Origin: Patescibacteria group bacterium UBA2196
Lineage (GTDB): Bacteria; Patescibacteriota; Patescibacteriia; UBA2196
Assembly: GCA_002328025.1 (NCBI GenBank)
Contig: DCVE01000003.1
Coordinates: forward strand, 17,222-81,221
Length of the DNA: 64,000 nt
Direction of reading: 5' to 3'
Every line of letters begins with the position of its first letter. Within the stretch, counting starts at the first letter, position 1. The notes beneath the pieces are model-generated. The model did no database searches. It was given only the letters and a program-made list of their open reading frames with translations, and was not told where the DNA came from. The translations under genes and the position numbers were made by a program. Below are positions 40,301-48,537 of this stretch, in pieces.

Positions 40301-42058
40301 CACATTGGTATTCTTAGCTGCCGATAACGGCAAAGTAACGAACGAGGCGCTGGCTACCGCAACCTGATTAGGTGTGCCATTATCGTTTGCTTGGACTGTA
40401 ATTTGATATTTTGTATTTGGAGTTAAACTGCTTAAATTAAATTGATGTAAATTTCTAGGGGTGGCTTCTGGAACAATCCCTCCCGCTCCAGCATCAACAT
40501 TAGTCACAGTATTTATTAAATGTATCACTTGTCCAACTGCTTTGCCTTGCTCTGCGCCACCCGTGGTAATAAAAGACGCCACAGCAACGTTAGATTGCGG
40601 CGTTACCACCAAGTCTTTAATCTCCAGTTTAGTGGTTATTGCCTGGCAATCATAGTAAACATTCGCAGCTGTTGCAGTCCTGACTGGAGTTTGTTGTGAA
40701 TGACTGGTGATGGTATAAGAACCACTGGCTGCCACCCCAGTCGCTGTCAATGAGTGATTCAATTCATACAATGCTTTGGTGGCTGTGACTGCCGGTGATC
40801 CGACAACCGTTCCGACAACTCTTAAATTACTATCTGCAGCAAAATTAGTCAGCCAAGAAACAGTTAAATCATAACTACCAGTTGTGTTGCGCTTACAGTT
40901 AATATTTTTTTCAGTGATAAGTTCTATCTTACTCAATGGTGGTATTTCCCGCACTGTATAGGTACCACCAATTCCACTGGCGTTAGTAATAGTTCCCTGT
41001 CCATCATCTAAAACAAATTGCGAACCCGCCACATTAATAGCCGTCGTCGGACTGGTTAAATTAACACCTGTCACAGTTAAATAAGCAATGATAGTATCCC
41101 CTCTCAAACCACGCGTATCTGTTTGCGGCGTGATGGTGCCATTATTAATATCGCCATCGCCATACGTCCCGCGCACCAAAGTCAACTGCCCAGTTGACCG
41201 ATTGTGCGTTTCGCTGGAGTCGGCCGCCACAGGAAAACTTGGTGCGTCGCTAATTTCAACATTTAAATATTGTGGGTCATATTTAATCTGTGCTCCAACC
41301 GCCACAATATCTTGCGTATTGGTTTTAGCTCTAACTTCTATTTGTGTTTCACCGCCCAAGTTAACCGTACCTGTGACTGGCATTAAATAAACTCCATCTG
41401 TATTTTGCGGGCTGGAAACAATATTATAAGTAGCGTTATCCAAAGCAAAAGACACACCGCTGTTATAAGTGGTGTAGTTTAAATCCACCAGACTTGTAAC
41501 TGAAGCAACAAATTTAAAAGCTAATGTGTTGCCAATAGAACTGGCCGGCGGCGTGAAATTAAGTGAGGCTATGGAATAATGACCAGAGCCACCAGCTGCA
41601 ATTATTTCTGGACCGAGTGGATCTGTTTTTGTAATTCTTATTACTCCAGCAATAGCGTCGACACTACAACTTAAATCATTTACATACAACGGATCAATAG
41701 TACAAGCAATCGAACCCGTGGGAACGCCAGTATACTGAAACTCTATTCGCATATTTGAAACCCCCAACGTCGATGAACTTGAATTATCTAACATTAAATG
41801 AACTGTGTTAGTGCTACCAGCATTTACATCTCCAGAGTCTGGATCAAAATATACACGGAAGATTGGGCTTTGTCCAAAAACAAAATAAATTATCAAACTC
41901 ATCGCCAATAAAACCAAGATCAAACCCAGCACTAAAAAAATCTTCTTTTTGGGTGTCGAAAACGCAAACCACCGTTTAAGCCGTAAAAATAAAGCCTGCC
42001 GGCCCTGCGGGGCGGGTTTAAAATTTTGGTTTTGATTAGTTGCTTCTGGAAAAACCAT
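37400..42058 (-). CDS. giant (1552 aa) membrane-anchored Cys-rich surface protein
   Basis: N-terminal TM anchor; long Thr/Ser/Asn/Gly-rich beta-type extracellular region; C-terminal third with dense Cys spacing (CTNSGKLDQPCSNSGDCSTNSQIGAC...). Confidence 0.6.
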   Translation of the reverse strand: MVFPEATNQNQNFKPAPQGRQALFLRLKRWFAFSTPKKKIFLVLGLILVLLAMSLIIYFVFGQSPIFRVYFDPDSGDVNAGSTNTVHLMLDNSSSSTLGVSNMRIEFQYTGVPTGSIACTIDPLYVNDLSCSVDAIAGVIRITKTDPLGPEIIAAGGSGHYSIASLNFTPPASSIGNTLAFKFVASVTSLVDLNYTTYNSGVSFALDNATYNIVSSPQNTDGVYLMPVTGTVNLGGETQIEVRAKTNTQDIVAVGAQIKYDPQYLNVEISDAPSFPVAADSSETHNRSTGQLTLVRGTYGDGDINNGTITPQTDTRGLRGDTIIAYLTVTGVNLTSPTTAINVAGSQFVLDDGQGTITNASGIGGTYTVREIPPLSKIELITEKNINCKRNTTGSYDLTVSWLTNFAADSNLRVVGTVVGSPAVTATKALYELNHSLTATGVAASGSYTITSHSQQTPVRTATAANVYYDCQAITTKLEIKDLVVTPQSNVAVASFITTGGAEQGKAVGQVIHLINTVTNVDAGAGGIVPEATPRNLHQFNLSSLTPNTKYQITVQANDNGTPNQVAVASASFVTLPLSAAKNTNVVLKVERDRVCDTWLYCRSAVTVKSALNQNQSLCFDVGLCNRLNPKTKDCEVAANLGQLGITSANQTFPSPNLVYGNTVVATEKEQAAVAAEKKFKNLSGYSKVGMDWGGIKVVEGYKHYALMNTMGENFNVPNGNFELSDVWPWKNNSLGEIGLMKDILHAGNNFLQVAVEKEQLAALTGTGDAYAGAMVPLGEIKATNDVVIAFNAGTAGETKAIRLAARTTEVGSGNVSYRNLYNTAFSIGGAGTSTVKKIDVRLPAGYTELIFNQLRSDNSAADSFSKAFYIDNVSAQSVLHVQNTVSTNAEGSYVARMCRLYPSSSAPACQYTDWSGGKLYNGWQGFCVEPDPGKPSQCLNWWPVDIIPGESDVFGNDPQVGYKDRKPLYYCLEAAGNYPFVRHRNPGTISDGIKDSELGTGRPAAWNLMYKNWDDQCDSSNPSDIAHCGWTGGSGRITTIATVEEANLRLVDIERIVLTPLCEEGGKDRHCFSKKDNDNAYLVLDRKNNWSASLSLGGKSNLDDWNKIRSILGNCTSTSSDFFGVHAVFEAGKYGGLQAGLCNHGGYVGFVRYGVTYYLREPCNVIAQVIDPYGQGYAWSNKILANGWNDASNILNYNYNQDYAPYGAAVPPAKDTNFPDRWTDPLFVQPPAVSSSYMAPYQVRAGSPFAIDQKVQKYCTNSGKLDQPCSNSGDCSTNSQIGACAVVVGKSGINYEPTCIAGDSESLGKACTEDYDCGFGLSGQTGTCMGIKLSEGQKQKIAGDYKQGTERLSNLFARGLNVWYWYADDNKYSQICSYNSGVDCGSPSDRNYATCVALRDACWDARATKGTAPGIDHLTVNNQTRGRVVGTGNIGVTIKFNSNVNINQLPLTGISVDWGDGKINDIVNLRIAPHVYNSNPTLNDPHIMTHTYTCQEGGVGWSARDGSCLFEPRVQIKDNWGWCNNGVRGTNSSICPASWQNSGVEVMVFPR

Positions 42059-42064
42059 AAAAAA

Positions 42065-42733
42065 TTATTTGATATTTAAAGTCAGATTATTTAAAGTTAA
42101 TTTCATCTCGGTTGCCAGTCCATTGTCCAAAAACATTTTAGCTTGCTCGGGAATTAATTTCATTTCTACGGTCCCAACCTGTAACGCCTTAAAAGTCAAA
42201 ACTGCTAAAATTCCATTAGTTCCAGTGTAGCCGTCATCACTATCTTGATAATTTGCATCACCCGGCTTACCGCGCGTGACTTCCAAACTATTTTTTTTAA
42301 CTTCATTCACAATACCCATATTTAAAACTGAATTTTTCGTCTCAGCAATGTTATTTTTACCTGCAAAAGACACAAGTTTATCATCAAAGCTTACGACTGC
42401 TTTGGCCAAAACAATATTTGCGCCCTGAGTGTCCAAAACAATATTGACCTTAAATTCATCGCCTAAAGCAACCTCTTTTTTATCGCTTATTAAACTGATT
42501 GTACCCCGCCGTTCGAGTGGTAAAACTTCTTTTTGCACTACCGGTTTGGTATTTAATTGTTGTAAAGCATTTTGAACGTTGTTATTTTGAATTTGTTCTG
42601 TGGGTTTGATAAAAATAAACACCAAAACAATCACTAGCATCAAAACCGCCGCCATAACTGCTGCCAAAAACCACATTTTTTTATGATTTTTATTAATTGG
42701 ATTATTGTTTGTTGGTAAAATGTTTTCGGTCAT
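42065..42733 (-). CDS. membrane-anchored cohesin-like domain protein (putative)
   Basis: N-terminal TM; mature domain ISLISDKKEVALGDEFKVNIVLDTQGANIVLAKAVVSFDDKLVSF...GILAVLTFKALQVGTVEMKL matches the cohesin beta-sandwich pattern. Confidence 0.35.
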   Translation of the reverse strand: MTENILPTNNNPINKNHKKMWFLAAVMAAVLMLVIVLVFIFIKPTEQIQNNNVQNALQQLNTKPVVQKEVLPLERRGTISLISDKKEVALGDEFKVNIVLDTQGANIVLAKAVVSFDDKLVSFAGKNNIAETKNSVLNMGIVNEVKKNSLEVTRGKPGDANYQDSDDGYTGTNGILAVLTFKALQVGTVEMKLIPEQAKMFLDNGLATEMKLTLNNLTLNIK

Positions 42734-42759
42734 AAAATTATTTTTAATTATTTATTATT

Positions 42760-45700
42760 TTATCTTTCTCCGGTTCTTAAAAAGCAATGCTTGGTGGGAT
42801 CAATATTTTCCAAATCGCAAGCTGTGCCGCTTTCGTTACCGACTGACTCAACATTTTTATACCAATAATATTCACAGGCCGGTGTTTGATTGGCGCCATA
42901 AACGTTATAAAGTGAAGAATATTGATAAGGCAACAAAGATGCATCGCACAATTCCGGCACATACGGATCTTGATATTCCTGACAACCACTTTCTGCACCG
43001 TCACATAAAGCGCTCCAGCTGGTACAAATACCACTCTGCGCAAAAGTAATATAATCTATGCAGTCATTATTGCCATTACAAATATTACTATCTGGGTGAG
43101 TTGCAGATCGTCCACCTAAACAGTATTTTTGTTCGCCACTTAATTCTTTGGAACTGACACAAAAATCTCCAGTCCCACAGTTTGCATCGCTAACACAGTT
43201 TTTACTGGTATTATTATAACAATAACCATTTGTAGTCACACAAAAATCACCAGTTCCAGTCACGCAGTTTGTATTGACGGTGCATTTTACACTTGTATTA
43301 TTATAACAATAACCATTGGAACTGGGGCAAGTCTTACCTTCTTCACCAGCAATCCACCAACCAAATTGACCGTTATAGTCTTTAAACTCACACACTCTTT
43401 TGCTTGGATTTTTATACAAAGCCGCACCACCAGTATATTTATAATTCACACAACTTTCATTTTCATTTGTACAGGTTTGGTTTTGTTTAATTACGGTTAA
43501 AGTATCAGTGAAGCTAAATTTAGCGGTGTCGGTTGGATTAAAACGATTACGCGCCAAAAGACCCAGCTTGGCGCAACCGGGAGTTTGACATAGTTTATTA
43601 CGATCATAAACATAATAGACTGGTTGCAAAACTCCGGCTGTATTTTTTTGACCAAAGACCTCACAACCCACTACTTCTTCCAAACACAGCTTAGAAAACT
43701 TTTGTAAATTCCACACCCTGCCAGTATTGTCTTTATATGCTTCACAAGAACTCATACCGATGATGTTGTCACACACAGGCGCGGCAGTCCAGGAATTTTT
43801 AATAAACAAAATATTATCAATTTTTTTCAACACCACATTATCAAGATACAAATCACCCATATTTTCAATTCTTAAAATTGAATCTGTATAATCACCGGCT
43901 GGTAATTCACCAAAATTAACTGCCGCTTGTCCATCAAACAATTGCCATTCGTTTGTAATGGTACCACTCACTGTGCCTGATATAACATTGGTTCCACTAG
44001 CCAAAGAAAAGGCAAAGGTGGCTGATCCTGTACCTTTGGCCAAAAATGATAACACATAGCTACCGCCGGCCACTAAATCACCGTTATTTAATTTGTGTTC
44101 AGTATTATCAGCCAAGTGTAAAGAGTGTCCACCACGCCGCACAGATTCATTACTGATGGTTCCCGCTGTCCAACCTTCTACAGATCCACCTTCAAAATCA
44201 TCACTTAAAATTACTTGATAATTATAACTGGAATTATCACGATATAACCGACAACCAGCATTATTGGCTTGACAACGCGTAGACAACGATGGCATAGCCA
44301 TATAAAGACACTGCCCAGTCGTCCATTTACCATTGGTTGTTTCGCAATCAGTTTGATTAGCGATTGTGCGCCTGTAAGGATGACAATCTTCGGCGGCAAA
44401 AATAACTGTAGCAAAATCTACCGCATAATATTGATTAGTCGTTGAATTATAAACTTCGCGACAATCAATTCCCGCCGCACCAAAATTGCACACTGTACCC
44501 ACCGGCGTATTACCACTGGCTTGCAGTTGCCACTTTTTCAACTGAAAACCAGATGTATCAGAACCTTCCCAGGTATAAAAAGTTTGCACATCTGGATCCG
44601 TCGGGTTAACACACATTCTTAAATAAGAAAAATATTCTCGTCCTTCACCGCCTCTGGCCACTTCATCTAAATTAGTAAATTCATCACAACCAGCTTCAGT
44701 ACACTTTGTGGCTGTGGTGGATAAAAAAGATTCAGCCGCCACTCCAGCTTCAAAATTGGTTTCTTTTTGTGTATAGGTTCTAAAACCAACGCACACGGCC
44801 GGACACTCATCATTCCAATTACCAGTTAACACATCGGCATCAGTGCAAGAATTAGTACCATCAGTACATTTACGTTGATTAATTACTGCAGACACCACTG
44901 GAGATTTAATAGTGACTGGTGTATACAAGCGACACGAAACATCGTCTTCTGCACACGACAAAGCAAAATTAGCACAATATTTATTGCCACTTAAAACGCA
45001 TTGTTTAATATCTTCACGCCAATAGTGACCATCAGCTACACAAGCGGCCTGATTTAAACCAAATTCAATAGTCGTATAGCCAGCACAACCGTTAATTGCT
45101 GGGTTAGCATACTCTGGCGCTAATTTTAAATTAACATCAGTCGCTAAATAACCAGCCGCATTTGGGTTATTAAAACCACCACTTACCAAAGCACTCGCCT
45201 GCTGTTGCGACAATGGTGTCTGATTGGGATTTAAAATTCTAGTTAAAGCCTGGCAACCTTCTTCTCTGGCATCACAAGCCTGTTCACTGGCGTAATATCT
45301 TAAACTTGTTTCTGTTGGGCATGCCCAAGTATCGTCTGTTGGATTTAAATTTTTACAATATGCATTACAACCAGCCGCTCCACAACTTTCCAATGTGTTG
45401 GTTAGATAAGCTGCCTCTTCCAAACCAGTTGAGGTTAGACTTTGGCAAGAATTAAAATATGAAGGACATGAACTACCCTGAATTCTCCAAATTGGTTTTT
45501 CAGCCACGCAATAACCAAATTCATTGCAATCCTTACCATTATCGCTTTCTGCAATACAACTTCGCTCCTTGGCACAATATGTGTTGCGCACAATGTAAGT
45601 GGAAAATTCATCGGGCGGACACTCTATTTTATCATTAAAAGAAGTATCTCGATCACAAACCTCGTTTGTTGACACCACGTCTGGACCCGGACCTTCCAAA

Positions 45701-47196
45701 TCACACACCGTAATTGGAGCTTTTAGTTGCCAATTGGGATCAACTAATCTATAAAAAGGTGACTCTGGATTGTCATAAGCATCCAATAAATCTTGCAAAG
45801 TCATTTTTACACCGGCTCCGGCCGCATCTTTATTAAAATTTTTAATATACTCTGCCGCCAATTCCCACCCGACTGGCACAATCCGATATTTACGTAAAAT
45901 CAAAATTGAACGCATAGGAAATCCGTCTCTAAAACTCGGCTCAGTTTGGCTGGTTGGATTAAAACCAAAAACAGCGTTGGGCTTTTTTTTGGCCAGTTCG
46001 GCCACAGTATTTTTTTGCTCAATCGCGGTGGCAAAAGTCGTATCAATGGTGTTGCAATATTGCGCGCCGCCATATTCAGATGTACCACAACTGGCTGAAA
46101 GTTCATTCACCACATTAATCTCTCCGCCGACGTTATAATCCGGTTTTAAAAGTTCGGCAAACTGATCTGTAGCTGCTGGCCCACTAGAAAGACTGCCAAA
46201 TAAATTTAAAACAATTGTTCTGTTTGTGTCAGCCGCCGGATTCATGCCTTTTGTAAAGGCCCGATTCAAAAGTTTTGAAACCAAAGTGTTGGTAAAAAGA
46301 CCAATTGCATCAGCCGCAGCTTCACCTGTATAAACACCATAGGGTTTTAAAGAATCACTAATCATACCAGCCGCATAGCCACTATAAAAAGCAGCCGGAG
46401 TTTTTATTTTCCCAGTAATGGTACTTTCTAAGTTTTTAAAACCTTGATTAGCCTGTTGGTTAATCTTGGCTGTTTCTTTTTGTAAAATCTGTTTTTGTCT
46501 AGCTTGATCCACCATGGTTAAATAAATTCCAAAATCATTCGCCCCAGGATGAAAAGCTGTGGACACTCCAAACAGATCATTAAATTGTATTTTTTTTAAA
46601 TCACCAACATTTTTTTTGATGTCCACCCAATCACATGGTGGACGTTGCGGTTCAAAAGCCGAGCGAGCATAGATATCAAGTTGAGCTTTTAAAAACGGAC
46701 GATCAATTGGTTGACAAAAATTCACCCCCCAGGTTTTTCCTATTTCAACAAAGGCCACACCCAAAGCTTCATCGCCAACTTTTTGCAAATACTTATCAAA
46801 GGGCAAATCCACATACAAAGGTTGCTGACCTTTGCCGCCTGTAGCCAGCTTAGTGGCATAATCATAAGCCACACGATTAAATAAATATTTAATACCGTTT
46901 GTGTAAGTCAACGCTGCTGCATTTTCTCCATATATTTTAATTGTCTCCCAGACCGTTTTTAAAATTGTCATTAAACGTGCACCAATATCAGCTGTTACCA
47001 AACCCGGGGCTGCTACAGATCTTAGAGTTGGAATCGAATCTAATGACTTAGTTCTTGTGCTATTTAATTGTTGAGAAATCGGTATTGCCTCCTGTGCTTT
47101 CTGTGCTTTAACATTTTCTGGCCACAAAAAAACCACAGCTGTCAAAGAAAACAACATGGAAAAAAGTGTGACTGAGATTAAAAGTTTTTTGAGCAT
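42760..47196 (-). CDS. giant (about 1478 aa) secreted Cys-rich protein
   Basis: the ORF-track start at 47220 is a TTG; the in-frame ATG at 47196 begins a proper signal peptide MLKKLLISVTLFSMLFSLTAVVFLWP. More than 90 Cys; tandem ~84-bp repeats at 43158-43326 encode NGYCYNNTS.KC..NC.TG.GDFCV. Confidence 0.6.
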   Translation of the reverse strand: MLKKLLISVTLFSMLFSLTAVVFLWPENVKAQKAQEAIPISQQLNSTRTKSLDSIPTLRSVAAPGLVTADIGARLMTILKTVWETIKIYGENAAALTYTNGIKYLFNRVAYDYATKLATGGKGQQPLYVDLPFDKYLQKVGDEALGVAFVEIGKTWGVNFCQPIDRPFLKAQLDIYARSAFEPQRPPCDWVDIKKNVGDLKKIQFNDLFGVSTAFHPGANDFGIYLTMVDQARQKQILQKETAKINQQANQGFKNLESTITGKIKTPAAFYSGYAAGMISDSLKPYGVYTGEAAADAIGLFTNTLVSKLLNRAFTKGMNPAADTNRTIVLNLFGSLSSGPAATDQFAELLKPDYNVGGEINVVNELSASCGTSEYGGAQYCNTIDTTFATAIEQKNTVAELAKKKPNAVFGFNPTSQTEPSFRDGFPMRSILILRKYRIVPVGWELAAEYIKNFNKDAAGAGVKMTLQDLLDAYDNPESPFYRLVDPNWQLKAPITVCDLEGPGPDVVSTNEVCDRDTSFNDKIECPPDEFSTYIVRNTYCAKERSCIAESDNGKDCNEFGYCVAEKPIWRIQGSSCPSYFNSCQSLTSTGLEEAAYLTNTLESCGAAGCNAYCKNLNPTDDTWACPTETSLRYYASEQACDAREEGCQALTRILNPNQTPLSQQQASALVSGGFNNPNAAGYLATDVNLKLAPEYANPAINGCAGYTTIEFGLNQAACVADGHYWREDIKQCVLSGNKYCANFALSCAEDDVSCRLYTPVTIKSPVVSAVINQRKCTDGTNSCTDADVLTGNWNDECPAVCVGFRTYTQKETNFEAGVAAESFLSTTATKCTEAGCDEFTNLDEVARGGEGREYFSYLRMCVNPTDPDVQTFYTWEGSDTSGFQLKKWQLQASGNTPVGTVCNFGAAGIDCREVYNSTTNQYYAVDFATVIFAAEDCHPYRRTIANQTDCETTNGKWTTGQCLYMAMPSLSTRCQANNAGCRLYRDNSSYNYQVILSDDFEGGSVEGWTAGTISNESVRRGGHSLHLADNTEHKLNNGDLVAGGSYVLSFLAKGTGSATFAFSLASGTNVISGTVSGTITNEWQLFDGQAAVNFGELPAGDYTDSILRIENMGDLYLDNVVLKKIDNILFIKNSWTAAPVCDNIIGMSSCEAYKDNTGRVWNLQKFSKLCLEEVVGCEVFGQKNTAGVLQPVYYVYDRNKLCQTPGCAKLGLLARNRFNPTDTAKFSFTDTLTVIKQNQTCTNENESCVNYKYTGGAALYKNPSKRVCEFKDYNGQFGWWIAGEEGKTCPSSNGYCYNNTSVKCTVNTNCVTGTGDFCVTTNGYCYNNTSKNCVSDANCGTGDFCVSSKELSGEQKYCLGGRSATHPDSNICNGNNDCIDYITFAQSGICTSWSALCDGAESGCQEYQDPYVPELCDASLLPYQYSSLYNVYGANQTPACEYYWYKNVESVGNESGTACDLENIDPTKHCFLRTGER

Positions 47197-47204
47197 GGGG
47201 AGAT

Positions 47205-47230
47205 AATTTTCAATTTCCAATTTCTAATTT
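47205..47230 (-). promoter_or_regulatory. AATTTCT-motif copy upstream of the 1486-aa gene
   Basis: AATTTTCAATTTCCAATTTCTAATTT immediately 5' of the start region. Confidence 0.4.
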
Positions 47231-47264
47231 AAAAACAATTTACAATTAACCAATAATTTAATTT

Positions 47265-47615
47265 CTAATATGTTTTTCTCAAGGTTGAAGAAATTCTGTT
47301 AAAAATAAGAACTAATTCATGAGCTTCTTTCCACAAAACTCTCAACTTGTCTTTTATTTCTATATTAGTTGTCACTAAAAGCTCAATCCAATATTCTGTT
47401 TCTTGAGCCTCTCGACGACAAATGAAAATTTTACTGGAAAAATCTTTTCTGGATGATGCGCCATTTACTTCTCTATAGTTTGCCCCAATACTGGTTGCTG
47501 AACGCAACAATTGATTGATTATGTTTCTATTTAAATCTGATATTTTTATTTTTGAAATTTCTTCAATCACCGCTTTACCAAATCTCTTTGTCCTTTCTTC
47601 CAAATCATAATTCAT
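47265..47615 (-). CDS. four-helix-bundle protein (TIGR02436, 23S rRNA intervening-sequence protein family)
   Basis: LRSATSIGANYREVNGASSRKDFSSKIFICRREAQETEYWIELL matches the family signature (RAavSi.aNIaEG..r.s.kdf..fl.iArgS..E...wl.l). Confidence 0.8.
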   Translation of the reverse strand: MNYDLEERTKRFGKAVIEEISKIKISDLNRNIINQLLRSATSIGANYREVNGASSRKDFSSKIFICRREAQETEYWIELLVTTNIEIKDKLRVLWKEAHELVLIFNRISSTLRKTY

Positions 47616-47619
47616 AATT

Positions 47620-47668
47620 GAAAAATTAGAAATTGATCATTGTTTAGAAATTAGAAATTGAAAATTTT
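47620..47668 (-). promoter_or_regulatory. AATTTCT-motif copies upstream of the four-helix-bundle gene
   Basis: GAAAAATTAGAAATTGA and TTTAGAAATTAGAAATTGAAAATTTT. Confidence 0.4.
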
Positions 47669-47672
47669 AAAT

Positions 47673-48464
47673 TTACTTGAGTGATTCCTGAAAAACCCGC
47701 ATCAAAGTTGTGTCATCAATTTGATTCAACTGTTCTTCCGTCATCTGTCCGCTGGAAAGTAATAACTCTCTAACTTGCGCCACAGTCAATTGTTTTAATT
47801 GTGCTTTTTCCTCGTCAGTCAAATCAACCGTCGTGGTAACCGCAGACCCTTGATTTAAATTTTCTATATCCAGCGGTGAAGCAATAATGTTTTCTACCGT
47901 CGTTACGGTTGTTGTGTCAATGGCACGACAATTTTCTCCAGTTGGACACAACGGATCATGTTCTGAATCAATTTCCTGTTTGTCGGTATAACCATCCGAA
48001 TCAGTATCGGCTAAATAGGGCGAAGTGCCATAAACAAATTCTTCATCAAAATCACTCAAGCCATCCTGATCTGTATCAATGTTTTTTTTATCCACCAAAG
48101 CCTGTTCGGTTATGGTGCTATTTGTAGTATTAACAACTGTATTTTGCTGTTGCGCCAAAAAAGGGCTGGAGATGCTGTGAAATAAATTTAAAAAAGCATA
48201 CCCAAGCGTCCCAAAACCCAAAATAACCAAAACCAAAAACATAACCTTGTGATTTCTGCTATTTTTAACATTCATTTGGACATTGGCGCCACCATCTTCG
48301 TGCCACTCATCATCATTATTATTTATTTTATCATATATACCGTCATTCATCATATTTTTTTCAGCCAAAGCAAAATTTTGAACGCCGTTTTCATCGCTCT
48401 TCAGTCTTTGGTTTTCCATTTTGTCCAAGACACTATTTTCTTGCTCAAAATCTTGATAAGCCAT
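47673..48464 (-). CDS. bitopic membrane protein with thrombospondin-type-3-like Ca-binding repeats
   Basis: central TM; DTDQDGLSDFDEEFVYGTSPYLADTDSDGYTDKQEID repeats, similar to the C-terminus of the 1634-2968 product. Confidence 0.55.
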   Translation of the reverse strand: MAYQDFEQENSVLDKMENQRLKSDENGVQNFALAEKNMMNDGIYDKINNNDDEWHEDGGANVQMNVKNSRNHKVMFLVLVILGFGTLGYAFLNLFHSISSPFLAQQQNTVVNTTNSTITEQALVDKKNIDTDQDGLSDFDEEFVYGTSPYLADTDSDGYTDKQEIDSEHDPLCPTGENCRAIDTTTVTTVENIIASPLDIENLNQGSAVTTTVDLTDEEKAQLKQLTVAQVRELLLSSGQMTEEQLNQIDDTTLMRVFQESLK

Positions 48465-48537
48465 GAAAATATTTATTCACTTTTACAACTATATTATACC
48501 AGAAAATAAACAAAGCGCCAAAACTTATATCAAAGGC

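Noticed and set aside
42760-47220. ORF-track start MEIENYLPM for the 1486-aa protein
   Set aside because: The codon at 47218-47220 is TTG and overlaps the upstream regulatory motif; the downstream ATG gives a canonical signal peptide
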